From the NCBI GenBank assembly GCA_964291315.2, contig OZ219750.1, positions 96,001 through 160,000 on the forward strand: a DNA stretch of 64,000 bases, given 5' to 3'. The notes beneath the pieces are model-generated. The model was not told where the DNA came from and did no database searches. It was given only the letters and a program-made list of their open reading frames with translations. The first letter of the stretch is position 1. The number at the start of each line of letters is the position of its first letter. Both the position numbers and the translations under genes were made by a program. This stretch comes from Candidatus Poribacteria bacterium. Lineage in GTDB: Bacteria > Poribacteria > WGA-4E > WGA-3G. This document shows positions 10,124 to 20,400 of this stretch, piece after piece.

Positions 10124-12442
10124 TCAACGGCGGCTAATGCGGATTGTAACGACGACAATCGCAATCATGAGGAGTATCAGTGCCCCGAAAAGCAGCGTGG
10201 TCACCGACAATTGTGCTTGGGATTCAACCTGCACGGTAATGGATCGATCGCGTGCCTGAAATTTCCGGTTATCCACTGTGACTTCTGCGTTCAACTTGGC
10301 TTGATATTCCCCGACCTCAATATCCGTGGGCGGGCTTAACGTTAATTGTATTTCTGTCTCCTCATTTCGCCTGAGTGAATTGATAACTTCTGGGAGAACT
10401 GTGTATCTCCAATCCGTGTTGACATCAATAACCATACGGATATCCACGAGATCGCGGGTTCCTATATTTTTTAGGGTTGGTGTTATGTTGACCTCTTCGC
10501 CCATCTTGATTGTTTGGAAGGCGTTTAGGACGAATACCTCGATCTCTGGCACTCCTTTTGGAATTAGTTCGAACCGTTCGACTCCGCCTTGTATACTTTC
10601 GATTCTACTGGCTGGTAAAACCAGGCGATTGTTGACTCCGCCAAGTTCGTTTGCTTCGATTTCGTCAAGCACAGCGACATAGAACTCAAGCGTACTATCG
10701 AGGTAGGAGGCTTCTAGTTCCTCGGGTAGATAGACAATCAAGGACAATCTGCGTTTTGATTGTTCTTGTGTGAATTTGACCTGTGATTGCCGGGACTTCG
10801 TTTCTGGGTCTTGGAACTCAAAAGAGAGGCGTTCGAGTAGATTAATGATGCGCAGCTGGAAGGTATTTTCTGTTTCGGCCAATCGGTCTAGTGTCAAGTC
10901 GTAGGTGACGCTGCTTCCGAGGTTGCCTTCCTGCGAGAATCGTAATGAACTGACGTTGACGACATCCAAGGCGGATTCTTTTTGTAGATAGATGAGCCGT
11001 ATATCGGGTTCAGGCAGTTCAGGATATTTTAGGGAGACTTTCAAGCTGTCGACATCTTTCTGAAGTTGGAAGGTTAATTCCACTGTTTCGTTGTAGCCGA
11101 GGAGTTTTATCTTGGTTTCATAAGGTTTGACGATGTTTGTGTCATCGGTGACATCGAGCAAGGTGACATAAATTCCTCGGATCTCATTTGCTGCAGCGAT
11201 TTCTTCGGGCGTGGCGTTGCTTGGCATCGCTTCTGTAGTGGAGGTATTCTTCAATTGCAGCGTCACCATCATCTGTCCGCCTGTGTTGCTGGCGACGCGG
11301 AATTTTTTCGCGCTCAGGATAGAGATGTGGCGTGTATCTTCCTCGAGATGTATTCTTTTGGGGTAGGGCTTATCGAGGTATAGGATATAAACGGTAAGGC
11401 TATCGACATTGCGTCGGAGTTCAAAATCGAGAGTTGTTGCCTGTCCGTCTTTGAGCGTTGGAATGCGGTATTCGTATGGGTAGCCGATAATAGCGTCTGT
11501 TTCGTCTCTGATAGAGACGTAGACGTTGTTGATTTCTTGTGCTGTTGCCGCATTTGATTGGTCATCGGGAGTTGTGGGATATGTTTCTTTTCTGGTGTCT
11601 TCTATTGCCCCGTAGGTGAGGACGACTTCCAAGCGTCGTCGGTCTCCCTTCTTGTATCGTCTTGCTGACACGACGGAGATATAGGGGTCTTCCTGTTTTA
11701 GGTGGATATTTTTATTGTCGGTCTCCCCGGAGTATGTCAATTCTACGACGACGTCTCGGACATCCTGTTTTATGAGTTCAAATTCCAAGGTAACGGCTTC
11801 GCCCTCTTTGAGTGTTTTGATGCGTTGCTCGTAGGGTTCGGCGATAATTGCGCCGCTTGCGCCGTAACTTTCCTGTTCTTTAATGGAGACAAAGATGTCA
11901 TCAATCTGTGCGCTGATGATAATTTCGCGTCCTAGCACTTTGGAGCTCTCTACGAGTTTGACAGGCGAAGAGCTATTCCGCAAGGTGATTGAGAATAGCT
12001 CTTTTCCATCAGCGGATTCATATAGGTTTGTTTTTTCGACAGTGATGTGCCATTCGTCTTTGAGGGAGTGAAGTTCGGTTTCTTGGAGCATGAGTTTTGC
12101 TTGTTCGTATTCGGAGACAGCTGTTTCGTAATCTTCTTCCGCTTTATTGACTTCGGAGACGGTGACGATATTATTTGCCTCCCTCATCATGGCTTTGAGA
12201 TTTTCAAGTTCAACGAGTTTTTTTTTCATGAGCTGTTCCTTGAGTTGCATTTCCAGGCGCTTGGTCTCTATCTGGATTTGTCGGCTCTGCTCCTCTTTGG
12301 TCTTTGGTCTATTTTCATCGTCGGGTGGGGGCTCTTCTGCGAACGTAATTTGTGTTTTTATAGGCAGCAGCACTCCGATCGCGGTAAGGAGGATCAGCAT
12401 GCTTGTCAAAGCATGATAGGTCTTCCTTCTATATTCTTCCAT
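10124..12442 (-). CDS. Exported multi-Ig/NEW3-like repeat protein with N-terminal coiled-coil hairpin and C-terminal TM anchor
   Basis: Signal peptide, coiled coil (aa ~50-125), three ~115-aa repeats (VxI...PYE.RI..L...TL.F.L...V..L.V.L.Y), NEW3-like domain (LKNIGTRDL...PPTDIEVGEY), hydrophobic C-terminus ending RISRR. Confidence 0.7.
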   Translation of the reverse strand: MEEYRRKTYHALTSMLILLTAIGVLLPIKTQITFAEEPPPDDENRPKTKEEQSRQIQIETKRLEMQLKEQLMKKKLVELENLKAMMREANNIVTVSEVNKAEEDYETAVSEYEQAKLMLQETELHSLKDEWHITVEKTNLYESADGKELFSITLRNSSSPVKLVESSKVLGREIIISAQIDDIFVSIKEQESYGASGAIIAEPYEQRIKTLKEGEAVTLEFELIKQDVRDVVVELTYSGETDNKNIHLKQEDPYISVVSARRYKKGDRRRLEVVLTYGAIEDTRKETYPTTPDDQSNAATAQEINNVYVSIRDETDAIIGYPYEYRIPTLKDGQATTLDFELRRNVDSLTVYILYLDKPYPKRIHLEEDTRHISILSAKKFRVASNTGGQMMVTLQLKNTSTTEAMPSNATPEEIAAANEIRGIYVTLLDVTDDTNIVKPYETKIKLLGYNETVELTFQLQKDVDSLKVSLKYPELPEPDIRLIYLQKESALDVVNVSSLRFSQEGNLGSSVTYDLTLDRLAETENTFQLRIINLLERLSFEFQDPETKSRQSQVKFTQEQSKRRLSLIVYLPEELEASYLDSTLEFYVAVLDEIEANELGGVNNRLVLPASRIESIQGGVERFELIPKGVPEIEVFVLNAFQTIKMGEEVNITPTLKNIGTRDLVDIRMVIDVNTDWRYTVLPEVINSLRRNEETEIQLTLSPPTDIEVGEYQAKLNAEVTVDNRKFQARDRSITVQVESQAQLSVTTLLFGALILLMIAIVVVTIRISRR

Positions 12443-12492
12443 AATCTTTGTATCCTTTGCCTTATTGTGTGCGTGGTGGCGTAACCGTGCTT

Positions 12493-13227
12493 CTATGCGG
12501 TAGTTTCTTCTTCAAGTTGGTAGCCGGCGACATAGTGCAGATACAACGCCTCAAGGTCCTCTCTTTGGATCTCTTCGCGTGTGAGTTCCCGTTCAAGGTT
12601 GCCTTGGACAAGGATTCCGATTCGGTCGGCGATTTCCTTGGCGCGGAAGATGTCGTGCGTAGACATAAAGATAGCTTTTCCTTCTTCTCTTAATTGACGG
12701 AGCAGCTTCAAGAAATCAGCGCCTCCCTTGGGGTCGAGGCCAGAGGTTGGTTCATCGAGGAGGACGGCTTGTGCGTTTTTCATAATGGCAATGGCGATTC
12801 CGAGGCGTTGCCGCATTCCTTTCGAGAACGTTTTGACGCGCCGCGTAAACGCCTCCTCGGGTAATCCGACGCGTTCGAGCGTTGTATCTAATTCGGCATT
12901 TGATACTTTCTTGCGTCCGCCGAGTTTTGCGAAAAAGGACAAGTTTTGCCGTGCCGTGAAGTTCCGATAGAGTTCAACGTTTTCTGAGACGTAGGCGAGA
13001 TGCTTCTTCGCGTCTAGCGGAAACTTCGGAATTTCGATATCATCTATGAATGCGGTGCCGCTCGTGGGTTCGATGAAGTTCAAGAGCAGGGAGATAGTTG
13101 TGCTTTTCCCTGCACCGTTCGCCCCGAGGATGACATAGATTTCGCCGTCGTCTACTTTCAGATTGAGTTTATTGATGGCTAAAACGTTTTCATTATAGAT
13201 TTTCGTGAGGTCCCGGGTTACTAACAT
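12493..13227 (-). CDS. ABC transporter ATP-binding protein (ABC-2 type)
   Basis: Walker A GANGAGKST, signature FSKGMRQR, Walker B LLDEPTSGLD, H-loop STHD. Confidence 0.93.
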   Translation of the reverse strand: MLVTRDLTKIYNENVLAINKLNLKVDDGEIYVILGANGAGKSTTISLLLNFIEPTSGTAFIDDIEIPKFPLDAKKHLAYVSENVELYRNFTARQNLSFFAKLGGRKKVSNAELDTTLERVGLPEEAFTRRVKTFSKGMRQRLGIAIAIMKNAQAVLLDEPTSGLDPKGGADFLKLLRQLREEGKAIFMSTHDIFRAKEIADRIGILVQGNLERELTREEIQREDLEALYLHYVAGYQLEEETTA

Positions 13228-13419
13228 CGGTTTCTCCTCTGGTCGATTCAGGTCTAAGAGTACCAGACATGTGATAGGTTTTCAAACGAGAGAGGTTCCA
13301 ATTTTGCCCTTTTATGGTTAAGGAGTATAGCACTTTCTTGCGAAGTAGGCAAACCTTTTTATCAGAAGTGGAAGCCGACACGCCGTCTTCCAAAGCATAG
13401 ACAGCTAATAACAAGGTTT

Positions 13420-13830
13420 TCATGTACCGAACAAATGGGTCTTGTATTCCTCAACAATCGCTTCTAACAGAGATTCAGGAATATCCTTCAACTGTGTCGC
13501 TAATTCCTCTTCGACGCTAATCATCAGGCTGTGGTCAAACGTTTCACGTTCGGCACATGGGTCAAGATATTCTCCGTGTGCTTCCAAGAGGACTGCCAAA
13601 CGTGCTGGGGTCAGCCCATCAGAAGAGCCGTGTAGCCCGCATGCGGTGCCTTGGTGGCCTTTTTCGTAATCGGTACCGAGGTGTTTTCGTAGGATTTCTT
13701 CTCTTTCTGCTCCTTGCGCGCCACTGTTTTCGAGTTCTGCTGCTGCGGCGATTGCTCGTCGATCCAGTTCGATGCGGAACGCCGTTGAGGCATCTGTTGC
13801 TGGGACCGGGTAGATTTTGTAGGTTTCCAT
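13420..13830 (-). CDS. Hypothetical protein
   Basis: 136-aa ORF with strong GGAGGA SD, co-directional with neighbours; no family recognised. Confidence 0.7.
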   Translation of the reverse strand: METYKIYPVPATDASTAFRIELDRRAIAAAAELENSGAQGAEREEILRKHLGTDYEKGHQGTACGLHGSSDGLTPARLAVLLEAHGEYLDPCAERETFDHSLMISVEEELATQLKDIPESLLEAIVEEYKTHLFGT

Positions 13831-13887
13831 ATTGTCCTCCGTGAGTTGCGAAGAGTAAGCCTGCTTATTCTCTTTAGAAGGCGAGTA

Positions 13888-15465
13888 CTATAGATGGGTT
13901 AGCGAAGCAATGGCTTCCGGGACTGCCTTGAGCACATCGCTTGCTATGAGCCCATGCATCCCCAATTTTTCTGCAGCGATGTTTCCTGCTAGGCCGTGGA
14001 CATAGACTGCGAGTGCGCTTGCGGTTTGAGTCGATGCGCCCTGTGCCATTAGTCCGGCAATTACGCCTGTCAAGACATCACCCATACCCCCTGTTGCCAT
14101 ACCGGGGTTGCCCGTTGAATTAATCCAGACATCTCCGCTTGCGGTTCCGGTAACAGTGGGTGCACCTTTAAGTATAAGGGTTACCTGATGTTCCTTTGCA
14201 AATTGTTGGGTAGTACCAATTCTGTCTTCTTCTAATATTGACATAGTTTTTTTTGTTAGGCGTGCCATTTCGCCGGGATGCGGTGTCAGCACTGTCTCCG
14301 GACCGAGTAATGAAATGAGTTCTGTCGCTTGTGCAAGTGCATTCAGCCCGTCTGCATCGATAACTGTTGGTATGCGGAGTCCTTGTTCTCGGTTTTCACG
14401 GATCAATAGGTGAACGAGAGCTACTGTCTCTGGATTTTGGGAAAGCCCGGGGCCAATGGCAAGTATAGATTTTGTTTTTACTGCGAATTCAAGGAGGGTT
14501 GAGCCTGCTGATATTGCCAAACTTCCGCTATCAGTTTCGGGTAGTGGCAATGTCATTACCTCAGGCAAAAGTCCCTCCAAGATTGGGTTGAGATGTTTCG
14601 GGGTGGCGAGCGTTACTAGTCCTGCGCCGATGCGCAGGGCTGCTTCACTTGCGAGAGCTGCTGCGCCTGTCATGCCGGTTGAGCCTGCAACGACAAGGAC
14701 CCGTCCGTAGGTGCCTTTATGAGAGGCTGATGGGCGCGGTGGCACCCATTGTGCGGCTTCTGCTGGCGTTGTCCAATGGACTTTAATGTTTTGGGCATCT
14801 ATAACCTGTTTGGGGAAACCGATGTCAACGACATCTAGTTTTCCAGCGAGTTCTGCTCCAGGGTGGACTAAGATCCCTCTTTTAGGCAAGCCTATCGTCA
14901 CAGTTCGATCGGCTTGCACACATGTCCCGAGTGGTTCCCCGGTGTCTGCATCGAGGCCGGACGGTAGGTCGACAGAGAGAATAGGTATGGAAAGCTGATT
15001 AATGGCATTAATTATGGTAGCGATTGGCTCGCGCACTTCGCCACGCAGCCCTGTACCGAAAATGGCATCTACAAGGAGTCCGCACCGGGCGATACGGTTT
15101 AAAGCAGCAGTTTTTTGCATTTTGCGTGCTGCGTTAGTTGGAAGTTCCTCAATCTGTATCCGCAGTCTTTTTGCAATTTGGAGGTTGGTGTCCGCTTCTG
15201 CGGTGAAGCTATTTGGTGGGGAAAGTAGGAAAAGATGTACGTTGCGGCCGGCGTGGGAGAGTTGGCGTGCGATGACAATGCCATCGCCGCCGTTATTACC
15301 TTTGCCTGCAAGGATACCGATGCGTTTACATACTGGATAGTGTCGTTCAATAGCGCGGGTGATGGCACTCCCAGCGGTTTCCATAAGGACGATACTGGGG
15401 ATGCCGATTCTTTGGGTGGTATGGAGATCGATTTGGCGCATTTCCGCGGCAGTGACGACTTTCAT
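13888..15465 (-). CDS. nnr: Bifunctional NAD(P)H-hydrate epimerase/dehydratase
   Basis: LMETAG, GKGNNGGDG, DAIFGTG, DLPSG, SHKGTYG, IDADGLN, TPHPGEM, ATGGMGDVL; start 15465 overlaps the upstream stop (ATGA). Confidence 0.93.
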   Translation of the reverse strand: MKVVTAAEMRQIDLHTTQRIGIPSIVLMETAGSAITRAIERHYPVCKRIGILAGKGNNGGDGIVIARQLSHAGRNVHLFLLSPPNSFTAEADTNLQIAKRLRIQIEELPTNAARKMQKTAALNRIARCGLLVDAIFGTGLRGEVREPIATIINAINQLSIPILSVDLPSGLDADTGEPLGTCVQADRTVTIGLPKRGILVHPGAELAGKLDVVDIGFPKQVIDAQNIKVHWTTPAEAAQWVPPRPSASHKGTYGRVLVVAGSTGMTGAAALASEAALRIGAGLVTLATPKHLNPILEGLLPEVMTLPLPETDSGSLAISAGSTLLEFAVKTKSILAIGPGLSQNPETVALVHLLIRENREQGLRIPTVIDADGLNALAQATELISLLGPETVLTPHPGEMARLTKKTMSILEEDRIGTTQQFAKEHQVTLILKGAPTVTGTASGDVWINSTGNPGMATGGMGDVLTGVIAGLMAQGASTQTASALAVYVHGLAGNIAAEKLGMHGLIASDVLKAVPEAIASLTHL

Positions 15466-15869
15466 GCGGTATCGCTCTGAAGTTTGTTGGCAATTGCTAA
15501 GAGGTGTGCTTCCATCTGTTGCGCTGCCAGCTCTAAGCACTGCGGTTGTATCTGTAGTTCTTGCATCCGTTTATCTTGGTGAGTCTGGAGGCAGAAGTTT
15601 AAATTTGTGCGGAGATCAAATAGGCTCTGCTGGATGTGGTCATAGAAGGTGCCTTCGGGGTACATCCATCGTCTCCCACGCGTCTGTCGCAAGTTGAAAT
15701 GGCAGTGTCCATTGTCCCCGCCGAAGCAGTCGAAACGCATAACTTCATCGTCGTAGATGTACAAAGAAGCCGCTGGTCCACGTCCACCTGCATCGTTGCG
15801 CCAATATGCCTGTAATAGAACGTTGTCTTGAATAGGGTATTCAACCAGATCGTGCTTTGGGTTCTGCAT
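15462..15869 (-). CDS. Hypothetical protein (RFDCF...HCH motif), translationally coupled to nnr
   Basis: GGAGGG SD; ATGA overlap with nnr. Confidence 0.7.
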   Translation of the reverse strand: MQNPKHDLVEYPIQDNVLLQAYWRNDAGGRGPAASLYIYDDEVMRFDCFGGDNGHCHFNLRQTRGRRWMYPEGTFYDHIQQSLFDLRTNLNFCLQTHQDKRMQELQIQPQCLELAAQQMEAHLLAIANKLQSDTA

Positions 15870-16222
15870 CTATGGTCCCTCCGTGGATGTTTCTGCGTGG
15901 TTAAAAAGTGAAGTGCGAAATACAGCTTGACAGTCAACCAATTTTGCGGTAAAGTATAGCAAACTCAGGAATAGAAGTCAACATCTAACTTAAAATTTTC
16001 TATTATTATGAGAAAAACGAGGCAGCACCTTATATCTCTGCTGATCCGTCAAGAAGAATAGGCGAGAGATAGGGGTGTCAGAGAGGTCCTTGTTTTCGGC
16101 GAACGGGTCTCCCTTCAAGGGGTGGTGCATCTTGTCTGGGGTGCTGATTTAGAGGATGCCCTTGCAATTGAACTCACTTAATGCTGAGTGCGATCTCCGG
16201 ATTGCGCTGAAAGGAAACTTAT

Positions 16223-17236
16223 ATGGAAACCACTTTTAAAGCAGGAATTATCGGTTGCGGTGGGCGCGGCCGCTCACATGCTCGCGGCTATCAGGTGTCC
16301 GCGGATGTTGACATCGTTGCTTGTTCTGATCCGGTTGAGGACGCACGAAACGCTTTCGCCGAGGCGTTTGATGTGCCGCATACCTACGAAAACTATCAGG
16401 AGATGTTGGATGCAGAATCTCTGGATTTCGTGAGTGTTTGCACGTGGATTGGGCTTCATAAGGAGATGGTAGTGGCTGCTGCTAAGAGTGGCATTAGAGC
16501 GATCCATTGTGAGAAGCCGATGGCTCCTACATGGGGGGATGCCAAGGAGCTTTATCAAGCGTGTGTTGATAACGGTGTCGTTATCACTTTTTGTCATCAG
16601 CGTCGTTTTGGTGCGCAGTTCGTGAAAGCGAAACGTTTGGCAAATGAGGGTGCGATCGGTGAGTTGCGCCGCTTGGAAGCTGCTTGCCCAAATTTGCTTG
16701 ACTGGGGGACTCATTGGTTTGATATGTTCTTTTTTTATAACAATGACGAACCTGTTGATTGGGTTATCGGTCAAATAGATGTGGCAGCGGAAAAGACAGT
16801 TTTCGGTGTTCAAGTTGAGACAAGTGGTGTTTCATGGATACGTTGGAAGAACGGTGTAGAGGGTTTGCTTACGACAGGCGGGACCTCTTTAGGCGGTTTC
16901 GCGAATCGTCTCATAGGTACGAAAGGGATCATTGATGTGGGTAGTAGTGGTGCGGCTCCGGTGCGGCTTCTGCGTGAGAATAGTACGGGATGGGAAGAAC
17001 CGGATTTGACAGGGTTAGTCTCCGAGCGTGATGCGACGGTGCTCTCTGTGTTGGATCTCGTCCACGGCATAAAAACGGGACGTGAGCCAGAACTCAGTGG
17101 GCGCAAAGCGCTTCAGGCGACGGAGCTCATTTTTGCGACGTATCAGTCGAGTCGGCAGCGAGCGAAGATTAATTTACCGCTGACAGTAGATGATTCTGCC
17201 CTGTTAACGATGGTTGCTAACGGTGACATCGGTTAA
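16223..17236 (+). CDS. Gfo/Idh/MocA family oxidoreductase
   Basis: AGIIGCGGRG, CEKPMA, CHQRRF, DWGTHWFD. Confidence 0.9.
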   Translation: METTFKAGIIGCGGRGRSHARGYQVSADVDIVACSDPVEDARNAFAEAFDVPHTYENYQEMLDAESLDFVSVCTWIGLHKEMVVAAAKSGIRAIHCEKPMAPTWGDAKELYQACVDNGVVITFCHQRRFGAQFVKAKRLANEGAIGELRRLEAACPNLLDWGTHWFDMFFFYNNDEPVDWVIGQIDVAAEKTVFGVQVETSGVSWIRWKNGVEGLLTTGGTSLGGFANRLIGTKGIIDVGSSGAAPVRLLRENSTGWEEPDLTGLVSERDATVLSVLDLVHGIKTGREPELSGRKALQATELIFATYQSSRQRAKINLPLTVDDSALLTMVANGDIG

Positions 17237-17474
17237 AGAGATGATTTGCATGTTAATGGGCTTTGCGGACATGAGGTGCAATTTTGTTCTGTCGTTTCTG
17301 TGATTTGTCAACTTTTATCAACCTAATTCAGTTTTTTGCGTCTAATGTATATTAATTAAGCAAGGGTCATTATATCTGCTGTCCCTCGAAAGAATATAAA
17401 TCCAAACAGTGTGAAGCAAGAAAAAAAACGGGGATGTTACTAGTACATCCCGTGCAACGCGAGTTATCAAGTTA

Positions 17475-20400
17475 ATGGTCGTCTGGCTCGCTACAAGCGG
17501 AGAGAAACGAGTGCCAAAGATTAAAAATAAAGAGTTATCGGTTGTCAGCCATAGGCTGTCAGCAGCCCGTCAGATGCCGGTTGTTAAGAACCAGCTGTCG
17601 AGGGTTATTTTTCGAGTTTATGTCTGTCTTGCGGTTCTGATGCTGCCTGCTAATGTCTGGGCAGGTATCACGAGTTTATCACTTGACGCGAACGGTGATA
17701 AGGTTTTCAAGGGTGGGCAGGAGCAGTTAAATATTGTTTTTACGGTTGATCAAAATACTGCCGAGGGTGGAGATACCTATACAGTTACGGCGAATCAACA
17801 TTTGATTAGGCGTGGTACTGTAGCTGCGAACGGGTCAGTGCGTATCCGCTGGAACGGGCGTATTAACAACACGCGGCTCCCGGACGGGAGTTATACCATT
17901 AAGGTTACCCTCAGCAAAGAAGGTGGCACTGGGGAGATATTGGAAAGATCTGAGACGGCTATTTTAGATACAGAACCGCCGCGCATCTCTAGTATATTTG
18001 CTAATGAGAATTCTAGTTTGTTGCTTAGCGATGGTGGCTTTATTAATGTGCCGCTTCGTTCCATAACTGTAGTTCCTGAGGCAGATGTGGGGAGTCCGAT
18101 TGATTTCGCTGCTGCCCGGACGAATGTTGTTTTGAAGAATGATCGTGGTGTTGTGCGCGGTGGTACCCTCAATTACACGACACAACTGAACTTGAATTTG
18201 GGAAATCCTTTAGATATCCGTTCGGAAAATGGGCGTTATACGGTGACCGTCACCGTGGTAGATGAAGCGGGTAACTTCGTTGAAGACACAACGGAATTTA
18301 TTTTCGATAATGTGGCCCCGAGTTTAACGTCTGTGGCTGGCAGCAGTGGTGCAATATCTCCGGGTGCGAGTCTTAACGGGCGTTTGGATTTTGTTGAGGC
18401 GGTGCTTTCGGACAATTTAGAGAACGGTGTGAATCTTTCTAGTTCGACGATCCGTCTGACAGGGCCAGCGGGCGAAGTTTTTGGGAGTCAGACGTTTCTG
18501 GGAAGCGATAAGATTCGGTGGGTATTTCTATCGCCTTTATTAGCGAGAGATGGTCTTCATGATGGTGAGTATACCGTTGAAGTGATTGGAACGGATAAGG
18601 CGGGTAATCAGAGTAGTGCTGTCCGGGTTCCTTTTGTTTATGATAACCTTGTGCCAGAGCTCCTCACTTTAGGTCCGAGCCAAGATGAGGCTTTCAACCG
18701 GATAGGGGATACGATTTACCACAATCAACCGCTTACCCAGATTGTTGCCACCTTTAGCGATGGCGATTCTGGGGTTGGTATCGATTTTGAGAAGAATACT
18801 TGGATTCGGTTTAGCGCTGTTGGAGATGGGAATACGCGTCGGGTGCTTGCGGGCCGGAGCTTTGTAGATAAAAATAACGCGCGAGTTACGCATGTTTTGG
18901 AAGAGCCCTTGGTGAGTCAAGATGGCCGTTATAGGCTTGATGTGCAATTCGCTGATACATTGGGTAATATGGATAACGAAACGTTCCACTTTCTTTATGA
19001 CACTCAACTCCCGACCGTTGTGTCTACCTTTCCTGCAGCCAATCAGACCGTTGCTAATTTATCGCGGGTACAAGTGGTTCTGAATGAAGTGACGAGCGGT
19101 ATTGATTTCACTCAGAGTGTTTTCCGGTTGACGCGGTCTGTGGGGGGCAGCCAAACAGAGGTTTCTGTTAATATCACGAACAATGGAATGGACACTGCGA
19201 CTTTAACGGTGTTAGAGCCTATTGCTCTGGATGGTTCAGACAACGGTACGTATGCGATAGAAGTTACCCCGACTGATCGTGCTGGTAACATTGGTGCGTC
19301 TGCTCGGCGTGAGTTCTATCTCGTCAGTCAGAGCCAAGTTGAGGTGCGATTAACAACGCCTGAAGTCACGACTGTCAGTACTTTGGATAGCGTTGTGGTG
19401 GAGCTTGTGGGTTATATCGGTCCAGGTGTTAATCTTAATGGTTCAACGCTTACAGTCACAAATCCGCGGGGTGTTGTGGTTCCGGCGAGACGGGTTGAGA
19501 CGGATGCGGCGAATAACCTCTTAACGTGGAGTACGGATGCGGTAATTCCGCGCGATGGCACGGCAGATGGTGAATACACTATCGCTGCGACGTTCGTTGA
19601 TTTTGGTGGGAGGCGTTTTGTCCGCGAATTTCAGGTCGTTTTAGACACACAGTTTCCAGCGGTCGCGAGTGTCGAAGTTGCGACTGACCCGGAACGAGTA
19701 CTTTCGAGGGATAGGACTACAGATATCACTGTAGGCTTCTCGCAAATCACAGTGACTTTTGAAGAAGCTTTTCGCACAAATGATATTGACTTTTCGAATA
19801 CAAATGTTACGCTTACCGATCCGGATGGCGAGAGCATTCTTATCAACCGTTTCGATAACGGACGGACTGTTTTAACGTTGAATTTTCGGACTTTGACGCA
19901 GCCGGGTGAATATGTGCTTTCAATTGTGCCGATGGACTTAACAGGCAACCAAAGCACAGCTCCATTTGTCTACCGGTTTCGGATTGAAATTGCGCTGCCT
20001 ATTGTGAGTTCGGTTCTGATTGATGACAAGGCGGGTACGATTGTTTATGTCAACGGTGAGTCTACTGAAATCGTGGTTACTTTCGTGGATACGACGGGCG
20101 TTGGTTTAGATTTAGGTGCTGGCGGTTCAACGATCACTGTGACTAACGAGAGTAATCTTCCTGCTCCGGGGTTCACTACGTCGAGTGAAGAGAATCAATT
20201 GACGTGGGTTCCGATAGTGCTTCCGACTGATGGAAGTGCGGATGGACGTTACACGGTCACTGTTACGCCGAAAGATAAGGATGGTAGGCAAGGCGAGACC
20301 GTATATCGCCAGTTTATTTACGACACACAGGAACCGCGTGTAACTGCTGCGGTTCCGGTTGACTTGTCGCAATTTGTCTCGTATATCGGTGACAGACTGA

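Noticed and set aside
16060-16215. TPP-riboswitch-like fragments (GGGGTGC...CCC...GAAC...TAATGC) before the Gfo/Idh/MocA gene
   Set aside because: The conserved CTGAGA and GAACCTGA...GCGNAGG elements are not in the correct arrangement.
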